Notes under the pieces: model-generated | What the model was told of the DNA's origin: nothing | The model's database searches: none | What the model saw: the letters and a program-made list of their open reading frames with translations, nothing else | Program-made: the position numbers and the translations under genes | Assembly: GCA_002811645.1 (NCBI GenBank) | Contig: PDIP01000032.1 | Location: 124,001 to 188,000, forward strand | Direction of reading: 5' to 3' | DNA: 64,000 nucleotides | Source of the DNA: Corallochytrium limacisporum Hawaii | Taxonomy: Eukaryota; Protista; Pluriformea | In this document: positions 47,739 to 58,156 of the stretch, one piece after another | How the letters are laid out: each line of letters opens with the position of its first letter | Position numbering within the stretch: position 1 is the stretch's first letter

Positions 47739-49583
47739 TTAAAGAAAGGTGATCTTGTTCTTACCCAGATCTTTCAAGTCCGCGAGCATTTGCTCTGGCT
47801 TGAGCACTGCAGTACCACCAATGAAGACATCAGCGTTGCGGGCCTTGCTGACTTCATATGCGCAACGCATCTCCGAGTATGAAATGCCACCGATGACGAA
47901 CACAACGACCTTCTTGCCCTTTGCCTGGGGAGCAGCGGCAGGTGCCGCAGACTTTGCAGAAGACCCTGCAGCCTTCTTCTGTGCCCAGCCAGGGCGACTA
48001 CGTGCACTCGTGGCCTGTGGCGGAGTGGCACTGGCGGGTGTCTGGGCAGCAGTGGCCGCGGTGAGATTGCCGGCCACGGCGGTAAAGTGGCTGGCCGGCA
48101 AACGACCGTCCAGGGCATCTTCCATAATATCTTTCACGATCGGAGTCCACCGCAACAGGGCATATGAACCGTCTGTGTTACGCTTGCGCCGAGGATAGGG
48201 CTTCTGACTGCTCTTGCCATTGACATCGACTCCAAGCATGTTCAAGTTGTGAATAGCAGCAGCATCTGCTTCGCTAATGCCAGCTGTTTTGATCAACTTC
48301 TGCAAGTCGTTTGCGGGCACACCACCTTTCAAACCAACAAAGGCAATCAACAATCTGAGCTTGTGATCAGATCCAATGTTGCGATCCTGCAACACTGGAA
48401 CAATATGATTCACAGGATTCTTCACCTTATCACCTTCAGCAGTCTCTGCTGCCAAGATGTCTTGCTCGACCACGGCAACCTTTTCAATCTGTTCACCACC
48501 GGACTTTCCGAAGAATGTGTTCATGCATTGCTGGCTCATATCCATGTGCAAACTATACTTACTCATTTCCTCCTGATACTGTGGAAGATCCTTAATGGCT
48601 TTTGTGAGATCCTTGAATGTAACCTTATCTTGCATAGATACCTTGCCAGGGTTGGCCTTCTGCATGAACTCCTTAAACTTTGTAGTTACTTCCTTGACCG
48701 CATCGGCGATGAATTCATGTCTGACCGAGGACCAGATGGGGTCGTGCTCACCAATGATAATGTCCCGCTTCACTGTTTTTCCATCAGCGCCGGCGAAAGA
48801 GTGGTTGTACTTGTCACCGTCAATGGGAAGATAGTCGTAGGCCATGCACTGGTAGGTGCACTCGTGAAGAACGGGTGAAACTGGATCAAAGTCACGGCCC
48901 AAGATGAGCAGCTCCACAGCATTGTCTCCAGTACCGGTCGGTAGCGGCTTCTCCGAAGCCATCTCATCCAGACATATGATAAGTTGGTTTGCCAGTCGCT
49001 CATTCCATGGGCTCGACTTCATGAACTTGATCGTCGGGTAATATCCCAGGGTACCGAACACAGTTGCAAGCTGGGAGGCTGTCCTTTCAATAACCAGGCT
49101 CTGAGCTTGACTTTTGTTGCTGTAGATTTCATGCATGAAGGAAGGCCGGTCAATATGGAAAACACGCTCCTCGTAAGGAAGGTAGTCTACGTAGAATTCT
49201 TCGAGGGTCTTGATCTTGGTCGCAACCCGGTTGCTGGTCAAAACATATAGAGCGTCCGGGGGGATGATACCGGTGGCAAAAATATGAGCAGCAGCATACT
49301 GCTCTTCGTGTTCCTTCTCAAAGTCTTCAGCAATGATCTCAAAGTTTTTCTTGGTGGGTTCCACGAAGTAGATGGCTTCAAAGTAGTCGAAACGCTTGCG
49401 CTTCAGTGCAATGTTCTCAACAATTGTGACCCCGTTATCCATGACGTCAAACATGCGACAGGACTGCGAAATAACCCGAGTCGCATGCTGGTCAACAACC
49501 AAGACCTTCCAGCCTGAGTCAGGGTCAACTTTCTTGATCATGCCTTCCATGATCCGTTCCCGGACTTTGTTCTTGAGATCCAT
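47739..49583 (-). CDS. STXBP1: Sec1/Munc18 (STXBP-type) SM protein
   Basis: Motifs WKVLVVD, GVTIVENI, EAIYF, FDPVSPVLHE.TYQ.MAYD, LPQYQ.E.SKYS.H, RWTP.VKDIMED and VFVIGG.SYSEMRCAYEV. Confidence 0.93.
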   Translation of the reverse strand: MDLKNKVRERIMEGMIKKVDPDSGWKVLVVDQHATRVISQSCRMFDVMDNGVTIVENIALKRKRFDYFEAIYFVEPTKKNFEIIAEDFEKEHEEQYAAAHIFATGIIPPDALYVLTSNRVATKIKTLEEFYVDYLPYEERVFHIDRPSFMHEIYSNKSQAQSLVIERTASQLATVFGTLGYYPTIKFMKSSPWNERLANQLIICLDEMASEKPLPTGTGDNAVELLILGRDFDPVSPVLHECTYQCMAYDYLPIDGDKYNHSFAGADGKTVKRDIIIGEHDPIWSSVRHEFIADAVKEVTTKFKEFMQKANPGKVSMQDKVTFKDLTKAIKDLPQYQEEMSKYSLHMDMSQQCMNTFFGKSGGEQIEKVAVVEQDILAAETAEGDKVKNPVNHIVPVLQDRNIGSDHKLRLLIAFVGLKGGVPANDLQKLIKTAGISEADAAAIHNLNMLGVDVNGKSSQKPYPRRKRNTDGSYALLRWTPIVKDIMEDALDGRLPASHFTAVAGNLTAATAAQTPASATPPQATSARSRPGWAQKKAAGSSAKSAAPAAAPQAKGKKVVVFVIGGISYSEMRCAYEVSKARNADVFIGGTAVLKPEQMLADLKDLGKNKITFL

Positions 49584-52500
49584 TTTGATTTTAATTGGTT
49601 GCACCCATCGAATGAAACTAGGCAGTACAACTGAGCAGGAAGTCGGAACTATGATGGAGCCATATACTGATCGGTCTGATTGCCCTTAAATATCTATGGC
49701 GATGGCCAAACAACCGAGCATGAGTGACTTACGTTAAAGGAGACCTCCCCCATAGCTGGATACCCTTTCAAAATGGCCTAACCTTGGGAATTGAAAGAAT
49801 AAAATTCTTCCCGCCTCACTCTGCATGTGCTGTGGATACTGAATATACCAATTGGAACCAACAACTGGAAGAATATTCGTGTTGAAAGAAACCCTCCCCA
49901 ATGGTGCCTCACCAAATGGCATTATTTCAGATGTCTGGAGTGCCCACCACGGGTACTCCATCAAGGGCAATGGCCGTGTACGGGCGTCCAGATTAGTTGT
50001 TTCGCTATGCAAGCTTGGAGGGCACCCCCGCCCCCTTCTAGAGTGTCTGGCTATTGTGATGATTTCGGTGGGTTCGGGAATGAGCGTGCCAAAAAGAAAA
50101 ACACAAACAAGACTTCAAGAGAAGTGAGTGGGTACGCTATTACGACAAGCAAGATCAGCGTCATTGGTAGGGACAAGCGTAGTAGTTAAACAAGCAAACT
50201 ACAGCAGGAAGTGGGAAGCAGCACGACAGGCACAGGGCTTCTCCCAACCCCGCAACAGAGCTAGGGCACCAATTGTAACGTGGAAACCCATCTTTGCGAA
50301 ATGCAAAGGTCTGTTGCCGAATAATCCTTGTGAGAACAGTTGAACGGGGTCCCCCCAGGGGAAATAGAGAAACAAAGATTCTTCTCCCGCATGATTTCTA
50401 CTAGATGGACATGTTTATGTTGGGCCAGCGAAGAAACTAGCTTGTGTGGTGTTGTCCCTGCCCTCCCCCCGGGGGGGGGGGCATCAGTGGCTGTCGGGAT
50501 TTCCTCGTCTTGTTGCGATACCGGTGGGGTCTGCCTACAACAGCCCAATGCTCTTTCCGTTATGTACCTACCGGTCAATAAGAACCAGCGGGGAGCCAAC
50601 GGGTGTGCCGTGTGCACTTAGTTGAACGTCGTGGTGATATAATGAGCATCAGTCCCGAATTGTTGCGAACTGGGCCGAGGGACCCACCGACGGGAATGTT
50701 ACGTGTTTTGATCACACACACAGTAACCTCAATTACCCGCACATCAGTGGATTTGACCATCATCGATTCGTTTTCGCTTGAACGTAGATTTCAGTGTATG
50801 AGCATGAATACGGTGAATACTGGTCATGCCCGCAGATCCGCCATGCCCATCACGAGATGTTTTCCTCAATGGATCAGCAGCCGCCACCAGAGAGGGCGCA
50901 CCGAGCCCTATGTATGCAAAGCGACAGTCCTGAGCCAGTGGTGGGCTGCCAAAGGAGGGGGGGAGGATGAAGGGTGGGCGTGGTGGAGGACATGTCCAAC
51001 CAGTACTAAAAGTTCACGAGTATCCGCTGACGACTAGTACAATTCCATCTAACTTTTTGGTATACAAATTACAAGAGTTCTGTGCCTACGTTTCCGGTCC
51101 AATCACGACGGTCCCCGTTTAGTATTTTTTTTCTTTGCTTCACCCGCGCTACCCATTGAACCGCCTACCGCGATCACTGGGCCAGGATTCGGTCGCAATC
51201 GTAGTCACCACCCATCAACATGGAGACATGAGTGGAACTGGCCTGAGTTGCTTGGACCCGGTGGGGAGGGGTCCCAGAGTGTCGCTATATTCATTCCATT
51301 CACTATTGGCCCAGCATTGTGTAATGGCATAAATTGCCAATGGAGACCGCATTTTTTTTTTCCTGTTTAGCCGTTCATTTCAGCCGGGCTTTGGGCCCGA
51401 CCAGTGAAAGTCCTGCATGCGCTGAAGAGCCACTCCTTTTAAGAGCTGACAACCCCGTTCTGAGTCATTCTTTCTATGGCGGGCTATGATGCATTCTGAC
51501 TAACGAATACTTGCGCCCACCACCACCGCAAGCTTAGCAAGTCCTGGGAGTTCGCTTGATCCTCTCTTTTGCCCTGCGGCGTACGGACGCCCTCATGATG
51601 TATAGCTTCTTTAGCTATCCCTATCTGCGGCCAGTAGAGAAACTGCCACTCTGCTCCGGACGGGTACCCTTCGCGACGGCGAGTGTCAAGGACCTGCACA
51701 CCAACTTGTAGCTTTACTCCCCCATTCATTTGTATTGATTCCTGGTTCATTCACAAGTGAAAGGAGTTGGTTTCCAATCAATGGTCACTTAGGGAACCTG
51801 TTTACTATTGCCATCGGCGGTTCCTTCTTGTAGCTCTGCGACCCCCAACACACTTTGAACATTGGTTCTCTTCCTTTCCTTTTTTTTTTTTTCTCAACGA
51901 CAACAGAGAGGAGGGTGGAACATTTGAGGGGGCGTCATGGGGTTTTGTTGAATCGTCTCATCGCGAGGCATGCGGTGGACCAGTTTCACCGGGAGGGAGA
52001 ATATCTGCCACCACTTGCGCAGAATATGTACTTTCATTCGCAGCGGCTGAATTCCATAGAGAATGTAGGGACACAAAAAGGCGTGTTGGGGACCTGCTTC
52101 TTCCGAATCCTGGAATGCCGCCTCGGGGTCGTCGCACTTCGATGCACTTTAACGCCCCGAGCCCGCCCAACTCCGACCGGGCCGGCCTGTGGCCATGCAT
52201 CTGCCACCACCGACAGGGGGGTGGGGCCCTGGATCGTTTCCGCATTAATAGTAAATATATGAAATATATGGGCCGAAAGGGAAAGGACGAGAGAATTTTT
52301 TCCATGCCGGGGTGCGGCGATTGACAAAACGGTAAAAGATAGACGAGGAATAACGAAAATGGCGGGTGGGTAGGTAGGGCCCGTGTATGCGCCGGAATTT
52401 TGCCACCCTTAGAGGCGAAAAGGGGGCTTGTAGACGTCTCCTGGAGCACACCTGCGGTGGAAACATGGCGATAGAGATGTGAACTCGGCAAACACATAGA

Positions 52501-52767
52501 GATACCTCCCTTTCAGGAGCTTTCTTCACGCCTTAGGCTGCACATCCTTCACAGCCACATAGCTTGGTTTCGTCTTCAACTTATCATCGTTGCGTTCAGG
52601 TATGGAAACGACTACATTTGGGTTGAGGAAAACTCTTCCTTCGAGGGGCGAGGCAACATGCAGCGTTCGCAAAACCTTAAGGTAGCCCCAGAGCACGGTC
52701 AATACGATTTACAGAAAAGAAGAATATAGGGTACCGACTGCAGCATTAGGACAGCGTTGTATGTAGC

Positions 52768-54999
52768 ATGCTCCATCGGTACAGGCTTAGTGAACTGCAG
52801 GCTGCCAGTTTTGCCAAGCTGGTAGCAGTACCTCTGGACCAATCAAAGCCGATGAGTGCCACTAGTGAAGACTCTGGCTCAAGGGAGCGTCCATCAGCGG
52901 AGCAAAATTCACTGCGCGTTACAGATGAACACGAACATGAGCCCAAGGAATCAGCGAGCTCTGAGGGAGACAGCGGGGAACGCACACTTGGCAGACCCAC
53001 CCGTGGAGTCTCGCCAGTGTACAAGAAACCAGTTGCAAAACAGTATAGTGGTGAATCAGCTATTGCACCTATAGGCTCCAAGATAGGGAATTTCAGCTGG
53101 CAATCGGCGACAAACACAGTTGCAGAGGGACTCGGACTCCCTGGATTTTCGAACAAGTCGCCATTCAAAGACTATGTATACGAAAAGGTTCTCGGTTCTG
53201 GTGCTTTCTCTAAAGTGAGACTCGGAATCCATGTTCCCACGCAAACAAAGGTTGCAGTCAAAATAATGTCAAAGGCACGGCTGGAAGTATGTCGAGAGAG
53301 ACAACTTAAGCAGAAATTGAAGCTTAAGCTGATCACACAGGACCAGTACGAAGAGCTCAAGGAAGAAGCACTGACTACATGGGAGCGTCTAAGCAAGGAG
53401 GCCAAGCTATTGCAGTATTTGGATCATCCCAATATTATTGTACTTTATCAGGTAGCAGAGTCAGCAACAGAATTTCACATTATCCAAGAATATGCCCCGG
53501 GTGGCACTCTGCCGGGATACATGAAATCAAGGGGCGGCAAGTTGAGCGAGGAGACCAGCAGGGTCATTTTCAGGCAATTGCTGTCTGCGTTAGATCATTG
53601 CCACCGCAGCGGTGTAGTACATCGTGACATCAAGATGGACAATGTGCTATTAAGAGATGCGGACGCTGACGTTCCCCACGCGATGTTGACAGATTTCGGC
53701 TTAGGACGAATTATCGATCCGGAAGATATGTGCGCAACCTTTTGCGGGACCCCCATTTATGCTGCGCCAGAGCTGGTCTCTGGCGTACGGTACCATGGTA
53801 GTGTGACAGACATATGGGCTTTGATGGTACTTTTATTCCAGCTGATTGCTGGTCGTGCCCCGTTTAAGGCCAAAGGGGTACCAAATCTGTACAAGAAAAT
53901 TCTAGCAGTGGACTATATTATGCCGGAGCAGTTCTCACCGGAATTGCAGGAACTTATCCAAGGAGTGTTTAAACGGGACTCTGCTGACCGTTTGGAAATG
54001 GAGGAATTGCGCATTCGTGAATGGACAAACAAAGGGTTTGACACACCACCTGCACGAGTCCTGCCACACAAAGCCATCAATCAGATGAGCATGAATTTCA
54101 TGGACAACTGCAAGAGCATCGCGTACGAAAAGGATGCTATCATCTATCTGTACAACAATCCATCGGGCATCAAGGACTACATCAAATCTGGATTTGACGC
54201 TGGCAAGCCATCTGCACTTGGGGTCGAAAATCAAAGTACACTAAGCACGAGCCTCTCATCTGAACTGTTGGATACCCAAGACAGCAATCAGTCGAAACCT
54301 CGAATGCGTTTACCAACTTTCTCAGAAGAAGAGGCTGAAGCAGATGCACTTGTGAAAGCCCCGGGTGACATCTTGGGAACTAGTCTAAGTGTGCTTGACG
54401 AGTTGAGCCAACCAAAGTTCACCATCGCCCGTTCCAAGAGCGAGATTAGCCAGAACTCGGACGAGGCAAAGTCATCAGGTACTTTGGGCCAGCGTCACAG
54501 TATCGACGATAAGGATCTGCCACACGTTCAACGTCGCGCCAACAGTGAGAGGCCCAAGAGCCGGACTCGTCCAGTCAGCATGTCAGAAAGCGGGAACGCG
54601 CTACAGAAAATCGCGCCCTTTCGTTGTGCCTATAAATGCACGCACCTGAATCCGGAGCAACTGTTCTTGAAATTGAAGAGAATCCTGACTCACTTGAGCA
54701 TGACCTTTAGTGTAAACACAGGCACTATGATGTCATTGCGGGCTACTCACCTGGGCGATCATGGCGTCGTAGAGAGTCCTGGTCCGATTGAGAACATGTC
54801 GGAAATGTTGAAGAGTCTTACGAATAGCAAGAACCCTCCGGCCAATTCTGGGTTAAGAGAAGCCCTGGTTATGGACCTCACGGTGGGGAAGGTCTGGATG
54901 TCCACGACTACCACTGCTTTGCAAATTAGGAAGGTAAGCGGTCGCGAGGATGTCTTCCGTCAAATTCACGATCGAATCGTTGCCCTGTGTGACAACTAA
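52768..54999 (+). CDS. AMPK-related (CAMKL; Kin1/MARK-like) Ser/Thr kinase with KA1-like C-terminus
   Basis: Motifs LGSGAFSKV, VAVK, HRDIK.DN, DFG and TFCGTP.YAAPEL. The C-terminus ends LQIRKVSG...FRQI..RI. Confidence 0.9.
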   Translation: MLHRYRLSELQAASFAKLVAVPLDQSKPMSATSEDSGSRERPSAEQNSLRVTDEHEHEPKESASSEGDSGERTLGRPTRGVSPVYKKPVAKQYSGESAIAPIGSKIGNFSWQSATNTVAEGLGLPGFSNKSPFKDYVYEKVLGSGAFSKVRLGIHVPTQTKVAVKIMSKARLEVCRERQLKQKLKLKLITQDQYEELKEEALTTWERLSKEAKLLQYLDHPNIIVLYQVAESATEFHIIQEYAPGGTLPGYMKSRGGKLSEETSRVIFRQLLSALDHCHRSGVVHRDIKMDNVLLRDADADVPHAMLTDFGLGRIIDPEDMCATFCGTPIYAAPELVSGVRYHGSVTDIWALMVLLFQLIAGRAPFKAKGVPNLYKKILAVDYIMPEQFSPELQELIQGVFKRDSADRLEMEELRIREWTNKGFDTPPARVLPHKAINQMSMNFMDNCKSIAYEKDAIIYLYNNPSGIKDYIKSGFDAGKPSALGVENQSTLSTSLSSELLDTQDSNQSKPRMRLPTFSEEEAEADALVKAPGDILGTSLSVLDELSQPKFTIARSKSEISQNSDEAKSSGTLGQRHSIDDKDLPHVQRRANSERPKSRTRPVSMSESGNALQKIAPFRCAYKCTHLNPEQLFLKLKRILTHLSMTFSVNTGTMMSLRATHLGDHGVVESPGPIENMSEMLKSLTNSKNPPANSGLREALVMDLTVGKVWMSTTTTALQIRKVSGREDVFRQIHDRIVALCDN

Positions 55000-55077
55000 A
55001 ACCATGTACCATATCAGACAACAGATTATAAAACAACTGCAAAGCTGTACTTCTTTACTTTGTCGAAATCAAACTCG

Positions 55078-57213
55078 TCAAGCTGATGCATCGAACAATG
55101 CCTTCAACTCTCGTTCCACATCTGCAGCGGAGTATTTGATATACTTTTCCGGTGTGGTGGTAAATGGCACATTCTGGTACCGGACTAAAAACTTTCTGTA
55201 CAGCGGCAGCAAGCCGTCCAAATGTGACTTTACCAGTGCTGCCCGCAACGCTGTGTCCGGTACAGCCCACTGTTTCTGAGACGACGTAAGAGCCGCAAAT
55301 TCCGAGTTGAAGGTTGAGAACTTGTCCTTGATCATTTTCTTCGCATCGCGCGAAATCTTGTCACCTGTCAGGTCATGTTCCTTTCCACCTTTCTTGATAT
55401 CCAGGACAGCCTCAGTGCACTTGAACCAGGTGGCATCATAGTTGCGCCGGTACTGTATGAATCCGGACTGGACGTGTTTTTTTACATCCTGTGGCGTGGC
55501 CTGTTCCAGGCCCTTGTGAGTGGATCCAGAGGCCGATGGAACGCAATGTTTCTCTATGTAGTGAAGGTTGTTCATCATGAAGACATCTTGCAGACCAGTT
55601 TCCGAGTAGACTTTGGACTTAGCCTCCAAATTATCATACAGAATACCAACTAGTTCACCAATGTAGTTGTTGATATTGCTTCCCATCGACGACAACAAAG
55701 GAATCACTGTCTCCTTGTACTCTAACAGTTTCTCCAGATTGCCAATGATCTCAGATGTGACCTCGTGCACAGTGCCGTCGTTTGGTACGGCACGACCACC
55801 CTGAGCCTTAGCATTGACCGTGATATCCTTGAGAGCTTTGGTGCACGCACCCTCAAAGTCACTGACAAGGTCCTGGTATTTTTCAAACTCTTTGGTAACA
55901 GCCCAGAGCAGTTTGCGCATTGGACTCAGGTTTTTCTTTAGGGCTTTCAGAATATCTAAACATTCGTAGAGCAGAGTGTAGTCATAGCCCATCTCAGGGC
56001 TGTAACCAGCCTTTTCACTTTCCTTGGACAATTTCTGCACCATGACCAAATTCAAGTCCACGAAGTCAGTCACTGGCGTACTAATGACACTGGCAAATCC
56101 AGTGGCAACTAGAGCTGCGGGAATGCACCTCTCGGTCATCGCCTTTTCATGATCCAAAATCTTATAGAATTGGTGTACAGACCGCGCATAGCGACTGGAA
56201 CCCACTTCATATCCTTTCCGATTGTCACCAGCACCCTTGACCACGTCGGCGAGTGCAGTAATGCTCGAGCGGTGCCCATGGCCTAGGCTCGGCTGACGAA
56301 AGTGATCAGTGGTCTTAGATTTGATTTTGTCCAGGGCCCGGGCCCCCATGCTGATATTGTCTTTACGGCTACGGTGCCCACGTTTCGAAGGTCCTCCACC
56401 ACTTGGTCCGTCACCCAATTTTGGCGCACCACTATCTGCGCCTCTTTCCTCGGCGAGCTGACCAATATCAAAGAAATCTTCAGTGATCGATTTCTTCAGT
56501 AAATTCACCATATGGCTACTTCGGACAGTGGCATAGATGGTGATAAAGTTATTAATCTGCACCGTTGTGAACCATGACCCAATCTTGTACATGTCATTGA
56601 TTAATATGTCAATGTCCTGCTGCGGATTCTGTGAAGGTTGCTTAATCGCAGCAAAGCCCACTTCAGACTCAATCTCGGTGAGCTTGGACACCCGCAGTCG
56701 GTAAACACTCTCTAATTCACTTACGCCTCGTCCATAGTACACTTCAATTTCACTGATAATTCCATCTGATAGGGCCGCACTACGTCCTCCTGGGGTGTGC
56801 TCTACCTGTTCTTTAAAGAATTGCATGGCTTCATGAGCCTTGTACATTACTCTGATATAGTCCGACAGGTCGCTGGTGGCACCGAGAGCAACCACATCTT
56901 CAATCTCCTTTGGTGTGTAATAGAAGCTGATGATATACTCCAACTGCGTGATTGTTTCTTGAAGGTTCTCAGAAGCCAACTGAATATCTGTGGTCACACC
57001 ATGGAGTGGAGATATACTGGTTTCAACATCTTCTAGGCGGTTGGCAAACGCAGCCAAGATGTTTGTAAAGTCTGTTGTTACTTCGTCTGCTCGTTTTAAC
57101 GATTGTCTCAGCAGGACTGTATCATCCCGATCCGACTGCATGCTTTCCTCCATTTCTGCTCTCTTCTGGAACAGAGCCAGAATCTCTGGCTTCATGACAT
57201 ATGTATTCGACAT
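55078..57213 (-). CDS. EXOC7: Exocyst subunit Exo70
   Basis: Motifs VPNDGTVHEVTS, VFMMNNLHYI, IKDKF..FN..F, QKQWAVPD..LR and PEKYIKYS. Confidence 0.95.
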   Translation of the reverse strand: MSNTYVMKPEILALFQKRAEMEESMQSDRDDTVLLRQSLKRADEVTTDFTNILAAFANRLEDVETSISPLHGVTTDIQLASENLQETITQLEYIISFYYTPKEIEDVVALGATSDLSDYIRVMYKAHEAMQFFKEQVEHTPGGRSAALSDGIISEIEVYYGRGVSELESVYRLRVSKLTEIESEVGFAAIKQPSQNPQQDIDILINDMYKIGSWFTTVQINNFITIYATVRSSHMVNLLKKSITEDFFDIGQLAEERGADSGAPKLGDGPSGGGPSKRGHRSRKDNISMGARALDKIKSKTTDHFRQPSLGHGHRSSITALADVVKGAGDNRKGYEVGSSRYARSVHQFYKILDHEKAMTERCIPAALVATGFASVISTPVTDFVDLNLVMVQKLSKESEKAGYSPEMGYDYTLLYECLDILKALKKNLSPMRKLLWAVTKEFEKYQDLVSDFEGACTKALKDITVNAKAQGGRAVPNDGTVHEVTSEIIGNLEKLLEYKETVIPLLSSMGSNINNYIGELVGILYDNLEAKSKVYSETGLQDVFMMNNLHYIEKHCVPSASGSTHKGLEQATPQDVKKHVQSGFIQYRRNYDATWFKCTEAVLDIKKGGKEHDLTGDKISRDAKKMIKDKFSTFNSEFAALTSSQKQWAVPDTALRAALVKSHLDGLLPLYRKFLVRYQNVPFTTTPEKYIKYSAADVERELKALFDASA

Positions 57214-58156
57214 GATTATGCTAGTGTTTGATGCCCCTTCAACCGAAGATCAAGCACGTAGTATTTGTGTGCCATGTAGCAGCGTGAAGAATGCCTGCAC
57301 GGGACATCCACAGAGACATCCACTTTAGGACCATAGATCCTCAGTACCTGAGTCCGTGACATATAGTTTATGGTTAATGGAATGGTTCAACATGCGACAC
57401 TTGTGTTGGAGTATGCCCCCCGGGTCCAACCCTCAGGCCTCTTTCGCCAGTAAAGCAGGTCCGGACGCTTGCCCTTTGAGACTGCGACCGGACCCGCTCT
57501 TCTCTACTGAGTTTGACCAAGTTGCGGACACCACTCAACGACAAACAGGCGCGGATAATTATATACTCAGCCTTGAAAATTTAAAATTTATATTCAAATT
57601 ATACTGATATTGATATACTTAAGTTTTAAATATGCAGCCTGCGAGAACTATTATTCCTGCTGGAGAAGCGACAAAGTTTCCCCCACCAAAGCCCATTTCC
57701 TAGTGGAAAAGTATGAACTTCCGCCGAGGACCGGGCAAGTTTTTTCGCTCCCTTTTTTGCTTTTGCTCTGGCACACGGGAGGCCTGGAGGCCAGGTAATG
57801 GTCATCTCAAGGTCTGCAATTGACACTTCGCAGTGCTTTCGGAAATAATAGTGTTCTGCACCCTCCTTTCAACGATTTGCTTTTGAGTAGCAACACAAAA
57901 ATATGAAATCTTTGAAGTTTTTGTATGCCAGTGACCCAATTTTGGACTTGGAAAGTAATATTAAGTTTCGATCAGGTATTTCTTACTGTGACTCTGATGA
58001 AAATTACATTTCAACGCAGTAGAAAAGATCAGTGTGAACACAACAGGCGGGAGGCATTCTAACGAGCTTCTTGCTTATATTGTCTCAGAAGATGAGTTGA
58101 AGTGTCACAGTGTTCGCAAATATGTGAATGAGAAACCTAGCACGACATCTACCAAA

